Shown: positions 37,737 to 51,489, numbered from the whole stretch's first letter. The stretch: 63,394 bases of DNA, filler included, from Octopus bimaculoides (GCF_001194135.2; 9 parts of 8 records of this genome joined end to end with filler, not necessarily neighbours in it); one strand, 5' to 3'. Translations and numbers: made by a program. Notes: a model not told the origin generated them from the letters alone.

Positions 37737-37817
37737 TTAGCTGATTCCATCTAAGCGGCGGCGCCTTTGAAGCTTTGATAAGCGCTTGTCGATTAAGGAT
37801 TTTAAATAGTTGTGCTG
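37737..37817 (-). CDS. Candidate terminal coding exon of an unknown gene (QHNYLKSLIDKRLSKLQRRRRLDGIS*)
   Basis: Unique, GC-richer island with acceptor TTCTTTGCTTGTTCTTCCAG; phase-0 entry is compatible with the candidate exon at 38511-38562. No homology recognised. Confidence 0.28.
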   Translation of the reverse strand, partial: QHNYLKSLIDKRLSKLQRRRRLDGIS

Positions 37818-38102
37818 CTGGAAGAACAAGCAAAGAATTCGGCGATGCCAAGGATTGGAAATTTGGGAAACGCTCCAAGAAATAAACAGCAAATTTACCA
37901 ATAAGAAAGCAAAAAAAAAAAATCAAGAAAAAACAACCCAACAAACAAAAAAAGCAACAAAAATAAAAGACAAAGAAAAAAGAACAAATATCGCTAGAAT
38001 TAGAAATCTTATGCGTTGTGCCGTTAAGCAGCCGAGCACAAATCAGCAGCGACATCTTCATCATTAGCAACATTAGTAACAACACCAACAACAACAACTG
38101 CA

Positions 38103-38155
<53 letters not shown>

Positions 38156-38510
38156 AACAGCAGCAGTAGCTGCAGCAAGAACAACAAGAATAACGTTATT
38201 AGTTTTATGCACGAAGCGAAAGACTAACACTGACAGCTGTAATGGCGTAAAGCCGATCATGAAATAAACTATTCTCAAATCATTGAATTTTTGGTTTTCT
38301 TCTCATTAGTAGGAAGTTGAACACTTCCGCATTGCTATCGTCTGCAGGAATATACACAGCAAGAAACAGAAAATATTCCTTAAATCAAGCTTTTATTCAG
38401 TTATCAGCCATCTTTTTCGCTTTTTATTCAGCATATTTCACGCTCCTAATGGCGTTTTCCTCCTACGTCGCTTTCTCGGGTTTTACTCCACTTTTATCAA
38501 CGTTGCTTAC

Positions 38511-38562
38511 CAAAGCTAGCTTTGCGTCAGAGACTGGTTCGTCGCCACAATCGCTATTCTGA
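38511..38562 (-). CDS. Candidate internal 52-nt exon (xQNSDCGDEPVSDAKLAL)
   Basis: Acceptor TTATCTTAACAG, donor TTG|GTAAGC, and only one of three frames open. Confidence 0.3.
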
Positions 38563-39000
38563 CTGTTAAGATAAACCCATCACCGCCGCTGCCACCATCA
38601 TGGCTACGACTGTTAACAACAACGAGAACAACGCCAACAACCGACACCAGGACCAACATCAACAGACTACCATCGTAAGATCTACTATAACCATCACCTC
38701 AGCAATGCTGTCAAGAGTCTTAACACCACCGCTGCCGCCGCCACAACTACTGCAGCCATCACCACCACCAAACAACAACAACAGTACCAGCACCGCTTCC
38801 AGCATGATCACCAACACCACCACCTATGCAACCACCACTGGCATTACCAGTACCGCTTTGAATATAACCAAAACCACCACAACCACCACCGCCACCACCA
38901 CTGCCACCACAACCACCACCACCACTACCACCACCATCAGTTCTGCTTTCAATATAATCGACAACACCACCAACTACCCAACCACGCCAAAACCACCACG

Positions 39001-39365
39001 ACGTTCTGAGTTCAAATTCTGCCGAGGTCGACTTTGCCTTTCATCTTTTCGGGGTCGATTAAATAAGTACCAGTTACGCACTGGGGTCGATATCATCGGC
39101 TTAATCCGTTTGTCTGTGCTTGTTTGTCCCCCTCCATGTTTAGGCCCCTGGGGGGCAATAAAGAAATAAGAAACGTTGGCACGCTGGCAGAAATGCTGAG
39201 CGGAATTCGTTTTTCTTTACGTTCTGCGTTCAAATTCCACCGAGGTCAACTTTGCCTTTCATCCTCTTGAGGTCGATAAATTAAGTACCAGTTGCGTACT
39301 GGGGTTGATCTAATCGACTGGCTCCCTCCCCCAAAATTTTGGGCCTTGTGCCTAGAGTAGAAAAG
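39001..39365 (+). mobile_element. Dimeric SINE family A (body - Tx1-like tail - second body)
   Basis: The junction CAATAAAGAAATAAG|AAACGTTGGCAC mirrors the one at 50495-50525 on the minus strand. Confidence 0.82.
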
Positions 39366-39419
39366 AATATTCTCCTTAAGAACAATATTTAACCTCTCAC
39401 CAAGCACCTTCTCATTTCT

Positions 39420-39720
39420 GATGTTAGAGACGATGCCTCACTTCCATACATTAGCACAAGGTAGACATAGAAGCTCAGTCTATGGATCCTGGTGTTGATG
39501 CTCAGAGTACGTTGGTGATGTTGGTACCGTTATACAATTCCAAGAATGTAGATTTTGCCAGCAGCATTCATCTTTTGATCCCCTTCACACATCTTGCATC
39601 TTCAGTGATCAAAGTTCCAAGATAGTTGAAGGATGAGACCTGCTTAATGATTTGATTGTTCACTTCCAGTATGTACTTTGGGTTTCCTGTCTTTGTTACC
39701 ACCATACACTTGCATGAACG
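39420..39720 (-). pseudogene. RTE-type RT fragment
   Basis: KCMVVTKTGNPKYILEVNNQIIKQVSSFNYLGTLITEDARCVKGIKR*MLLAKSTF, the FxYLG..ITEDxRC..EIKRRI..AKxxF motif. Confidence 0.78.
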
Positions 39721-40523
39721 GACCCTACATTTTATGAACACATCTTACTTCTCTATTTCTCTGACCAGTACATCCGCACTTAACTCGGCCTTTCATGCAA
39801 CTCAGATTGCCATTTTAATCTAATATTTTTTGTTACATAAACGGTTTTTGGTATTCCATGTGCTACCTTGAAACTTGACTATGAATTTAAAGAATTAGAT
39901 TAGATTCCTTGTATTAATTATTCAGTAATCTTGTTAAAATAGCGAATGAAGCTTGTACTTCAAAACGCTGCACCAAATCGATTGCTTATTTCTCTGACAA
40001 GTTGTTCAACATAGTATTGACTTGGACAGCTCTAACTCTCAACCAGTTCAATGACTTAGTTACAATCTACACAGCAGAGTGTATTGCATAATTTTTCAAT
40101 ATCAAATTAAAAGCCCTTCGTTTCAAGGACTTATTACGATTGATGTTTCATCGAGTTTATTAATCCGATGATTAATTAACTAATTAAAATCTGATATGTT
40201 ACTATATTTTTAAAAAAATAAACATATGAATAATAATAATGATGATAGTAATAATAATAATAATAACTGAATAAATATATAAATAAAATCATACAAACAC
40301 CAGTAGTGTTTTTGAATCGAATTCCCACTGTGAATTGATGAAATAATTTAATCAGGTATTCTCGAGAGATCTGCTGATTAATTAGAGAAATAAAACCAGA
40401 ATATATTGGCTAAAAGCAATTGCGTTCGATCCACTACTTCTGATGCCTGATGGAGTATATTATTTATCACAGTCTCAGAGGTTTGTTCATCGTGGAAACT
40501 CTCTGTCTCTCTGTCTCTCTAAC

Positions 40524-40588
<65 letters not shown>

Positions 40589-40688
40589 NNNNNNNNNNNN
40601 NNNNNNNNNNNNNNNNNNNNNNNNNNNNNNNNTTAATTAATTAANNNNNNNNNNNNNNNNNNNNNNNNNNNNNNNNNNNNNNNNNNNN

Positions 40689-40732
<44 letters not shown>

Positions 40733-40911
40733 GTATATATAGATATAGATATATATATACATATATATATATGTATGTACATACATATTATATATATAAA
40801 TATATGTATATATGCATATATATATATATCATATATATATACATATATATATATGTATGTACATGCATATTATATATATACATGTGTGTATGTGTACATA
40901 TATATGTATGA

Positions 40912-40990
<79 letters not shown>

Positions 40991-41407
40991 GTACATATGT
41001 ATATGGATGTCCTGGGTTCGTTCATATGATCATGGTTAGGCCACATAAATATAAATGAATCAAAATGTTACGTCTGAGTTTTTTAGTCTTTCACATATAT
41101 AAACATATGTTTATGTATGCGTGCACGTATGTATGTATATTATGATGTTTACGGGTTTACACTGGTTTGAGTTGCAGTCAAGCAATAACACGCACTCAGT
41201 ACTGTCGAGTGGAGTGGAATAATAATTAGTAAGCAATGTGTCTAAGTGTGAGTCATCACTCAGAGTTTCGTCTTCTCGTTCTTCAGATGCTGGGGAGAGA
41301 CACAGATAGAAAAAACTCTGGAAAGGGAGTTACAAGGACTTGGGTGTGAAAAGCATTTTATATACATGTGTATATAAGCATATATATATATATATACAAA
41401 CACACAA

Positions 41408-41454
<47 letters not shown>

Positions 41455-42121
41455 CATACATATATACATATGTATGTAAGTATATGTGTGTATATATACA
41501 TATGTATATATTTTGGTAACAATAAACAAGATGCACTCAATGTAAGATCAAAAGTAAAGTGAAAGAGTATATTTAGTTTCTCTGAGGAGATGAATGCAAG
41601 TTGGTGAAATTCCAGAAGAGCAGACTGTTTGATCAGCTGAAATACACATTATTTTATATATATAACATGTATGTATATGTGTGTGTGTGTATGTGTGTAT
41701 GTGTATGCATGTATATATATATATATCATATATGCGTGTTTATGTATATAATATATATGTATATATATATATATGCATGCATCTATGTATGTATGTATAT
41801 ATATACATACATNNNNNNNNNNNNNNNNNNNNNNNNNNNNNNNNNNNNNNNNNNNNNNNNNNNNNNNNNNNNNNNNNNNNNNNNNNNNNNNNNNNNNNNN
41901 NNNNNNNNNNNNNNNNNNNNNNNNNNNNNNNNNNNNNNNNNNNNNNNNNNNNNNNNNNNNNNNNNNNNNNNNNNNNNNNNNNNNNNNNNNNNNNNNNNNN
42001 NNNNNNNNNNNNNNNNNNNNNNNNNNNNNNNNNNNNNNNNNNNNNNNNNNNNNNNNNNNNNNNNNNNNNNNNNNNNNNNNNNNNNNNNNNNNNNNNNNNN
42101 NNNNNNNNNNNNNNNNNNNNN

Positions 42122-42189
<68 letters not shown>

Positions 42190-42876
42190 CAGAGGGCTGT
42201 GAGAAGAGTGCAAATTCATAGTAGTGCTCCAGCATCACTGCAGCTGCACGGCTGAAATGCATAAAATTGTATAAAAGTATATACACACATACACACATGC
42301 ATTTATATACCCTCTCTAATATAATTTATAAGTAGTAAATTCCGGAATACTTCTCTTCGGGGTGTTTGTAGAGTTAACGGTGATATCATGGTGATATATC
42401 AACCTTTTACACATGGTATTTTCTCTAGAGTTGTCTCCTTTGCCACTACCTTCTTACTACAAGGGGGGAAAGTCATACAGTGACATAATGCACCTACAAT
42501 GTGCTAAAGGTTAAATAAGTGGAGTTGTTTTGTGAGTTTATTGTTTGTGTGGTTTCAGGAATTTTCTCGAGAACAATCTTTTCTTAGTGGTCAGACCATA
42601 AGGGGTCTACATCTAGCATATTGGATGTCCACTTAGTGGTCATCCCTCCAATATGTATTTAATATAATTTTTCTGAATCTTCAGATTTTTTTCAATATGC
42701 TAGGCTACTGGTTTTAAATTGATGTTAATCAAAATAATATTCAATTTTTCACCCTTGTTATTTAAATTTACATATATATATATATATATACAGATATATA
42801 TATACAGATATATACAGATATATATATACAGATATATATATACAGATATATATATATACATATATATGTATGTATG

Positions 42877-42908
<32 letters not shown>

Positions 42909-43734
42909 TGTATGTATGTATGTAGGCATATATATATTTGTATATATATGAATATATGTATGGTCAGGTTACAAACATACATGTGTATGTGTGCATGCAC
43001 ATAAATATGTGTGTCTGTATGTGTGTATATACATATTTGTATGCTTTTTTTTATATGCATGTATATTTAAATACACACACACATACACATACACAACATT
43101 GTACTTCTGCAGTCAAGATGTTTGTTTGTTTGTTTTTCTTTAAGTAAAATTTTGAGACAGTGGAGTATCTAATGTGATATTTCTGTGATCAAGACGTTTA
43201 TGTTTGCAATAGAAACTATATGTATTGGTTAATGAAACTCTTATGCTATTTTCCTGTCTGTTTCAATGTAGGCCATCATAGAAAAATGCCTTTTGGAGGA
43301 AAAGACTGTTGTGAGTGAAAGAAACTTCAGTTTGAACCAGTTTGAACCAGTCTGAAACAGTTTAGCCTTGTTAAAAACAACAGACCATATATGAGTTATT
43401 TGAACAGTAGAGGATATTGAGGCCATGTTGCTGGGTCTAGTGAACAGTGCTTGTCGTCCAGCATTGAACCATGGCAGTTCAGATCATTGTTTGTGAAGGA
43501 TATACCAACATGATTTAGGCTTTAGGCAGAAAACTGGTGGAGTTGGTAGGTGGCAAATAGAATGCGTTGAAAGCATTTGATCTGAAACTCGCCGTTCTGA
43601 GTTCAAATCCTGCTGAAGTCCACTTTACATTTTCTTTCTTTGAGGTCGCTAAAATCATCATATGATGGGGTCAAAGGTTGGCACAATTTTAAGAATGGTA
43701 GATTAAGATGTCTTGCGGTATTTCTTACAGGGAT

Positions 43735-43772
<38 letters not shown>

Positions 43773-44178
43773 AATGTATATGTGCCTGACATTTTTACAT
43801 TATGTGCATATACAATTCTGATTATGTAAGTATATATTTATCCAGGAATAAACATATGTGTGTATATTTGCATCTGTCTATCAATCTATTTATCTCTCTC
43901 TCTTTCATATATATATATAATGTCCTGTTCTGTAATAGAAAATTCAACGAAAAAGTTCACCATCTGAACCCAGTACCATGTGGTTGCATAACAAACCTCT
44001 TAACAGCACAGTCAATGAATGTCGATGTATATATATGCATGTATGTATTTACATGTGTGTGTGTACACATACATACATATAGATATATAGAAGCTTTATG
44101 CATATTTATATATGCTTTTGTGTAGACTATATATGCTTTTGAGTATATACACAAATATATATATATAGATATATATGA

Positions 44179-44284
<106 letters not shown>

Positions 44285-45049
44285 CTGGATATGTGTGTGT
44301 ATGTACATGATTGCATGTATATATATATTTATATCAATAAATATATATCAGTATATATATATACATATGCATGAATATATAGGTATTTAGATATCTACAT
44401 ATGTGATATATACATACATACACACACACAGACACACACACACACATATATAAATATATATGATATATATATGTGTATATATATATATGATATATATATA
44501 TGTCAGATATATATATGTATTTATAATATATACATACATATGATATATATATATATATATATATATCCACATACACATACACACACATGTATATATGTAT
44601 ATAATTATATATATTTGAAACTTTATTTCAAAAATATTAAAAAATAGAATTTCTGAGGGAAAACAAAATGGAAAAAAATAGAAAAATGAAACAAATATAC
44701 GTTAACACACACAAAAAAAAGAAAACAAAGGAAAAATATAACTGGAAAGTAATCAAAAATTTCGAAAAAAAACAACACAAAAGAATTCAACCAAATTATA
44801 ACAGCACCATCATAAACAATAATTATTTTAATTTAATTATTAGAAAGCTCTAGCTGTGATAAAAAAATTATAACAATGTGAATGCATTACAGTCCTTCTA
44901 TGCTTTTCACGTGCAGATAAACAAAAATAGGCGGGGAAACTCGTGACGGACCATTCCATGAACTTGTGATTGCTCTGTTCCTCACAGAAGATGTACTCAT
45001 CTTCTTCTGGGTATAGAATATTCGGCTGTTGTATGTATGTATGTATGTA

Positions 45050-45136
<87 letters not shown>

Positions 45137-45299
45137 GATTTATATATTGTTTGACTAATTATAAACTTGGTCATATGTAAAATGTAGCTTTTCGGCTGAT
45201 TGGTACAAACTCAGATATCTTCATACTCCATTCTCAGTTCTGTATACACTCAGTCTACTTTTTGTCTCACTGCTGTATCAAACTCTTTTCCTCTCAATT

Positions 45300-45960
45300 A
45301 CAAAGTTGTCTATCACATACTGCTGTCCGAATAAAGACTCAATTTCCAACACACTACAATCTCTGCTCCACAAACTACATTGTCTCCACTCTCTGTTGAT
45401 AATACTGAAACTATAATTTCCTCTGTTTACCTGAACTAGTTACATATCACATTAGTAATTGTTCACCGCTCTCTTTCTAACATCCTGCAATGTCTGGGGC
45501 ACAGATCATACAGCTTCCTCTCTCATTATACTGCTTCTATAACTTCCTCTGTTCTTGTGAACTAGCTATGTACCACACAACTGTTTAGCAAATACTCGCT
45601 CAACAACACTTTGCAACCTCTGGTCCACAAATTACACTGTTCCCTCTAGCTGCCTGTTATACCACTCCTAGAACATCCTCTGTACATCTGAACTAGTTAT
45701 TTGTGTACCACACTGCTGTTTAGTGAAGACTCACTCTCCAACACTCTACCACTTCCGTTTCTTCATATCACATGATCTCCTCTAGGTGTCTATCATATCT
45801 CTACGACAGCATCCCCTGGTCCTCTGAACTAACTAGTTCTGCACCATATTGCAGCTAAACAAACATTCACTCAACAGCACACTGCAACCTCTGGTCCACA
45901 AATCACACTGTGTCCACTCTCTGTCTATTATACCACTACTACAACATCCACTATTCTTTC
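45300..45960. repeat. Old degenerate ~130-bp minisatellite (about 5 units)
   Basis: Anchor GAACTA at 45433, 45559, 45690 and 45826; anchor TCCACAAA at ~45367, 45624 and 45895. Confidence 0.65.
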
Positions 45961-46666
45961 ACAGCAGCTATCTACATATGTGAAACACAAGCATCTATCC
46001 AAATTTTCATGCCAGTTTCTGCATGTTGCCATCCCATCCCACACCCACTCATCATGCATACCATATTACACCAAATCCTTCATCTTCAGGCCTATCAACA
46101 CCACTACAACTCCCAAATCATTCCACACTAATGCTTTGTTTTTGCTATCTTTCTTTTCATACTGATATTGATAGTCAGAAGTCTAACCTCTCCAACAAGC
46201 ACATGCATAGGCCCTGTTTACAGGCACAGTCTCTTATTCCTGTCTAACATTTTAACAAAGGAAGAGAGAAAAAAATACCCTTCATGACAAAAACAAAAGT
46301 AAGTTATGTTGAATATGACAATAGGCTAAATTAATTCGAGGGTCCTTTTAAAGATAGACCACATCTTGTCATTCTTGGAAAAAGAAAGAAAAATAGAACA
46401 AACATTGCTACAACTATTACTGCTATTACTACACAAACACTATGATAAATGCTCATACACACACACACATACACACATATATATAGATATACAGATACAC
46501 ACACTCATGTGTATTGTATATGTAGATCTACACGCCTATATCAAATATATATGTCTTCGTCTGTGTACAAGTGTACCTGTGGGTGTATGCACAAATATAA
46601 AATATATATAGGTACATACATACTTACACATACATGTATGAATGTATCAATGTGTATATGATTACA

Positions 46667-46715
<49 letters not shown>

Positions 46716-46815
46716 NNNNNNNNNNNNNNNNNNNNNNNNNNNNNNNNNNNNNNNNNNNNTTAATTAATTAANNNNNNNNNNNNNNNNNNNNNNNNNNNNN
46801 NNNNNNNNNNNNNNN

Positions 46816-46855
<40 letters not shown>

Positions 46856-47648
46856 ATAAACGCATACATATATATATATAAACACATATATATATGTATA
46901 TATATATATATATGTATATACACACACATATATATATTCACATACATATAGACATATATATTCACATAAACATTCTTACATACACACACAAAACACACAT
47001 ATTTACATATAGTTCGCCCTATAAACCATTAAATGGATCTTAAACCAGTTGAAATGCATTAAAGTACAATCTAAACAAACGTACTTTTACCCAAAACACA
47101 TCTTCTTCGCTGTATACACTTTAAAACCAACAATTACGAGCTTGTATATTATGCCTATATATCTTTTATTTTTTACTTGTTTCAATCATTAGAATGCAGC
47201 CATGCTGGGACACCACCTGGAAAAATTCGTAGTCGAATGAATCGTCTCTCTCCGGCGCATAGAAAGCGGTCAATCGGCCGTATGAGTCTGAGATGTTGAT
47301 AAGGACGAATATCGGTCCATGGTAGTTTTATGATTTGTTGCTGTCACCACGTAAAACCATTCTAATTCATAGTCATTAACCATTCAAGATAGAAATCAGA
47401 AGAGACTTTTGCGTTCTTGAGTATATTCTGGTTTATTAAGAATTGTCCAAGACTTCACCGACCACTCATTCATTTCTCAATGCCCAAAAATTCCCATTCC
47501 AGTTTGGTCTTGAGTAAAAACTGAAAGCAGTGAAACAACGTGACGAATAACGATAAAAACGATAACGAAACAATCACATTAGTTTCACCATCACCTACAG
47601 CAACAACTGCAATAAGGACAACATTCTAGGAAAGCCACAAAATCAATC

Positions 47649-47716
<68 letters not shown>

Positions 47717-48155
47717 CTGCTCATACCACAGATTTGCTTGTCAGTTGTTTGACCTTAACCAGTTGATCATGTTCCTTGGTGGCTGACGATATGTGCATCT
47801 CTGATCATGAGCAGAAGTAGTTGGGGAGCATCATAGCCATGTGTTGAGAAGAATTCTTTGGGGGTTGAATAAATCACCTTTGGAAACATGGGTGTTTTGC
47901 TCAACATCCTTAAACAAACCTTATTCGGGGACCTTTTGAGCAGGATGGGCTACTCGATATGAAGAAAATTCTAACTGGACCCCACCTGCGAGTCATGCGC
48001 TGTTTATCGTGATATGAGATCACCATGTCGCGCACATATGGTTGTGATGCATGTGCCTGGTGTACCCTTATCAGACGGGTAGTCATGATGGGTATAATGG
48101 GCTTCGTATATTTTACCCCGGTGTCACTTTGATGGTATGCCCTGCTCTCTCACTC
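47717..48155 (+). mobile_element. Unclassified ~440-bp insert inside an (AAT)n array (possible retroelement 3'UTR or SINE)
   Basis: Unique-looking sequence sharply bounded by (AAT)n on both sides (47650-47716, 48156-48205). Confidence 0.45.
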
Positions 48156-48205
<50 letters not shown>

Positions 48206-48208
<3 letters not shown>

Positions 48209-49010
48209 TTTTTCTTTTATTGGATAATATATACAAACACAAAAGGGCATACAATAGCATTAAAAGACAAAAACCGGACGATACAATGGGCTTTGACATT
48301 CATGTACACAGTAAATAACGGTAAAAATTAAATAAGTAAAACTCCCAATAGAAGAAGGCGCTTTAAAGGTTACTCGTGGAAAACCCCACAAAAGTCACGA
48401 GTGCCTGATCAACAGTGCAAGAGCCCTTCTCTTTTTATTCTTCACAGGTGTATACGCAGAAGTGGTCCTTTCACTGACCATTCACCCACCTTTCAATAAA
48501 CTTGCTAGAAGGCAAAACTGCCCTCTCCACCCTCATCTTCCTTTTCAAGTATAGCTTGAATAAGTTGATGAGGGCTTGGCCAAAGAGGAAAGTGTCTGAC
48601 TTTAGTCCTTTCAATCGAGTCCACTGTACTACCTCTTTCATTACAGCCACCAGATAAATAAAAATTATCTGCCCCTCCCGGCCAAAAGTGAGCGGCGGGG
48701 CAATCTTCACTATGGATTCAGCTGATAGCCGGATCCATCCTACATTCGACAACAGGTGTTCGACATAAACCCACAGGTCAGCAATGATCGGGCACTGGAC
48801 GAGGGCATGCAGAACGGTTTCGTCGTTCGGGGCGCACCTCGGGAAAGCCCGGCTAACGGTACTTCTGTGCCTGTAAAATTTATCCCGAACAGGCAGTGCC
48901 CCTGGCAGCACTGCCAGGCGATGGATTTCTGGAAGTTATCTATAGGTCCCGTCAATAGTTCCAAATAGATAAGAGCAACGAATCGCTCCTTTGTAGGATA
49001 TGTGGCAGCA
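48206..49010 (-). mobile_element. Tx1/L1-clade 3' fragment
   Basis: ORF 48471-48911 (ALPVRDK..PRC..DETVLHALVQC..IRLSAESIVKIAPP) is homologous to the C-terminus at 12482-12908; ends CAATAAAAGAAAAATTG then (TTA)n. Confidence 0.85.
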
Positions 49011-49019
49011 AAAACAAAA

Positions 49020-49850
49020 CAGTCTCACATATTGAGAGTGAGTATAGCAAGCTAGCCCAAAAGCACTACAGAAGGAGGCACGATAACGTGGCTAAGTTTG
49101 TCCACTAGAGGCTATATGAAAAGTACGGCATGAACAGAGCACGGAAATGGTACAAACATGAACCAGGAGTCACTGAGAACAAAGAGTATACGATACAGTG
49201 GGATTTTACAATCCAGTGTGACTCTCTAATCGATGCTCAGAGACCAGATATTGTTGTGATAGGTAAAGGAAACCAAGATTATAGATATTGCAATACCTGG
49301 GGATGGACGCATAAGTGACAAAGAACTAGAAAAGATTGAAAAGTACAGACTACTAAAAGACGAAATGGCAAATACTCAAAGAGAGTTAATAATGCTGATG
49401 TTGACATAGCCCTCACCCATCGATAATTAGTGTCTTCTGGCTTAAAATCAGAGACAGAAAGGCTTATCATAACAGCCCAAGATAAATGCCTTACTTACAA
49501 GAAGCTACCAGGCCAACATCTTAAAGAACGGCAGTAGTCCAACATGTCGTGTATGTAAGCAACAAAATGAAACCATCGATTATTTTGTCTCCATGTTCAG
49601 TCTTCCTGCGCCTACAGAGTATCTCAACAGGCACGACAGAGGGACAGTAAATTCACTGGGTAATTTGCAAAGTCCTGGACCTGTCCCATGATAAAAACTG
49701 GTGGAAATACAATTCATCCTACACAGGATAAAAGCTGTTCGACACAACTTCGCAGGTCAGCAATACTTGGACACTGCACAAGTGCGAACGGAACGGTTTC
49801 GTCGCATCTCAGACAGATACACCTGCCAGCGCTTCCGTGCTTAACAATCC
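49020..49850 (+). mobile_element. Two R4/Dong-clade fragments (RLE piece, then zinc-knuckle piece)
   Basis: KWYKHEP..IQWDFTIQCD..RPDIVV, KELEKIEKY; then LKSETE..IITAQD..CRVCKQQNETID..EYLNRHD. Confidence 0.8.
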
Positions 49851-50745
49851 TTTCTAACATGCGCACATTTTGGGGGAGGCGTTAAGTCGATTACATCGAC
49901 CCCAGTATTTGACTGGTATGTTTTAATGACACCCCGAAAAGATGAAAGGTGAAGTCGACCGCGGCAGAATTTGAACTCAGAACGTAAGGACGAGTGAAAT
50001 GCCGCTGAGCATTTTTCCCGCGGTGCTAACGATTCTACCAGCTCACCGCCTTGCATGATGATGATGATAATAATAATAATAATGGTTTGAAATTTTGTCA
50101 CAAAGGCAGCCATTTTGGGGAAAGGATGTGTCGATTACATCGACCCTAGTGTTCAACTGGTACTTAATTTCTCGACCCCGAAAGTATGAAAGGCAAAGTC
50201 AACCTCGGCGGAATTTGAACTCAGAACGTAGCGACGGACGAAATACCGCTAAGCATTTAGCCCGGCGTGCTAACGAGTCCGCCAGCTCACCGCCTTAAGT
50301 AATAATAATAATCCTTTCTATTATAGGCACAAGGCCTGAAATTTGGGGGAAGGGACTAGTCGATTAGATCGACCCCAGTGTTTCACTGATACTTAATTTA
50401 TCGACCCCGAACGGATGAAAGGCAAAGCCGACCTCGGCGGAATTTGCACTCAGAACGTAAAGACAAACAAAATACCGCTAAGCATTTAGTCCGGCATGCT
50501 AACGATTCTTATTTCTTTATTGCCCACAAGGGGCTAAACAGAGAGGGGACAAACAAGGACACACAAAGGGATTAAGTCGATTACATCGACCCCAGTGCGT
50601 AACTGGTACTTAATTTATCGACTCCGAAAGAATGAAAGGCAAAGTCGACCTCGGCGGAATTTGAACTCAGAATGTAACAGCAGACGAAGTGCCGCTAGGC
50701 ACTTCGCCCGGCATGCTAACGATTCTGCCAGCTCGCCGCTTTAAA
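49850..50745 (-). mobile_element. Head-to-tail array of four SINE family A units
   Basis: Units at ~49850-50055, 50085-50300, 50312-50508 and 50575-50745, separated by (AAT)n/(GAT)n or the Tx1-like tail. Confidence 0.9.
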
Positions 50746-51489
50746 TAACACTAATAATATTGAGTGACCAAAATATAACATGTGTTTCCGTTCAGCTTTG
50801 TTAATAAATCATTTTATTATAGCAAAAGAAAATCGGANNNNNNNNNNNNNNNNNNNNNNNNNNNNNNNNNNNNNNNNNNAAATCCTTGAAAATAAATGAA
50901 GAAATAATTTTTTTAAAATCCTTAACATTTATTAATTAAAACAACTACGATTTCAGAAAAAAAAAATGTCTCCTGTACTCCCGAACCATTCTTGTGACCT
51001 TTACTTTTACCTTTTCGTTTTCTTTTTCTTAATTTAGTAAAAATCGACTAAAATAAATTTCCAATCATTTGAAAATTCTATCAGGAATGTTTTCTACTTC
51101 ACAGATACCTTCGACACCCACTCCTGGTTTAAGTTTAATCATGCGCAATACAACTACCATAATGAGTTCGTCTTCTAAACTGATTTTTTTTTCGTTTTAC
51201 AATTTTATTTATGATTAATTTTACTATTTCTTTTTCTTTCCCGTTTTTTTCTTTTTTTTTCTATGGAAACAATTGATTACATTGTTGTACGGTACTGAAA
51301 TTAAATTTTGTTGCATGAGTGACGGTTTAAGGCGTTATTTTGAACTTTGCCTAACGATATTGGCGAGTACTTTTGTTACAAGCGAAAACAAAATAGCAAG
51401 AACGTGTTGGCCGTACAGCATATGTGTGTGTGTGTGTACATTTGTATATGTATGTATGTGTGAGTGTGTGTATATGTATGTATATATAT

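Noticed and set aside
38600-39169. 189-aa Thr-rich mucin-like ORF
   Set aside because: Degenerate (ACC/AAC)n repeat running into a SINE; no signal peptide.
44830-45030. Minus-strand open frame PNILYPEEDEYIFCEEQSNHKFMEW
   Set aside because: The acceptor derives from a (CATA)n repeat, there is no good donor, and the region contains a small local inverted repeat.
50620-50745. tRNA genes suggested by A/B boxes
   Set aside because: The boxes belong to SINE heads, with no cloverleaf or acceptor stem, and are followed by SINE bodies.
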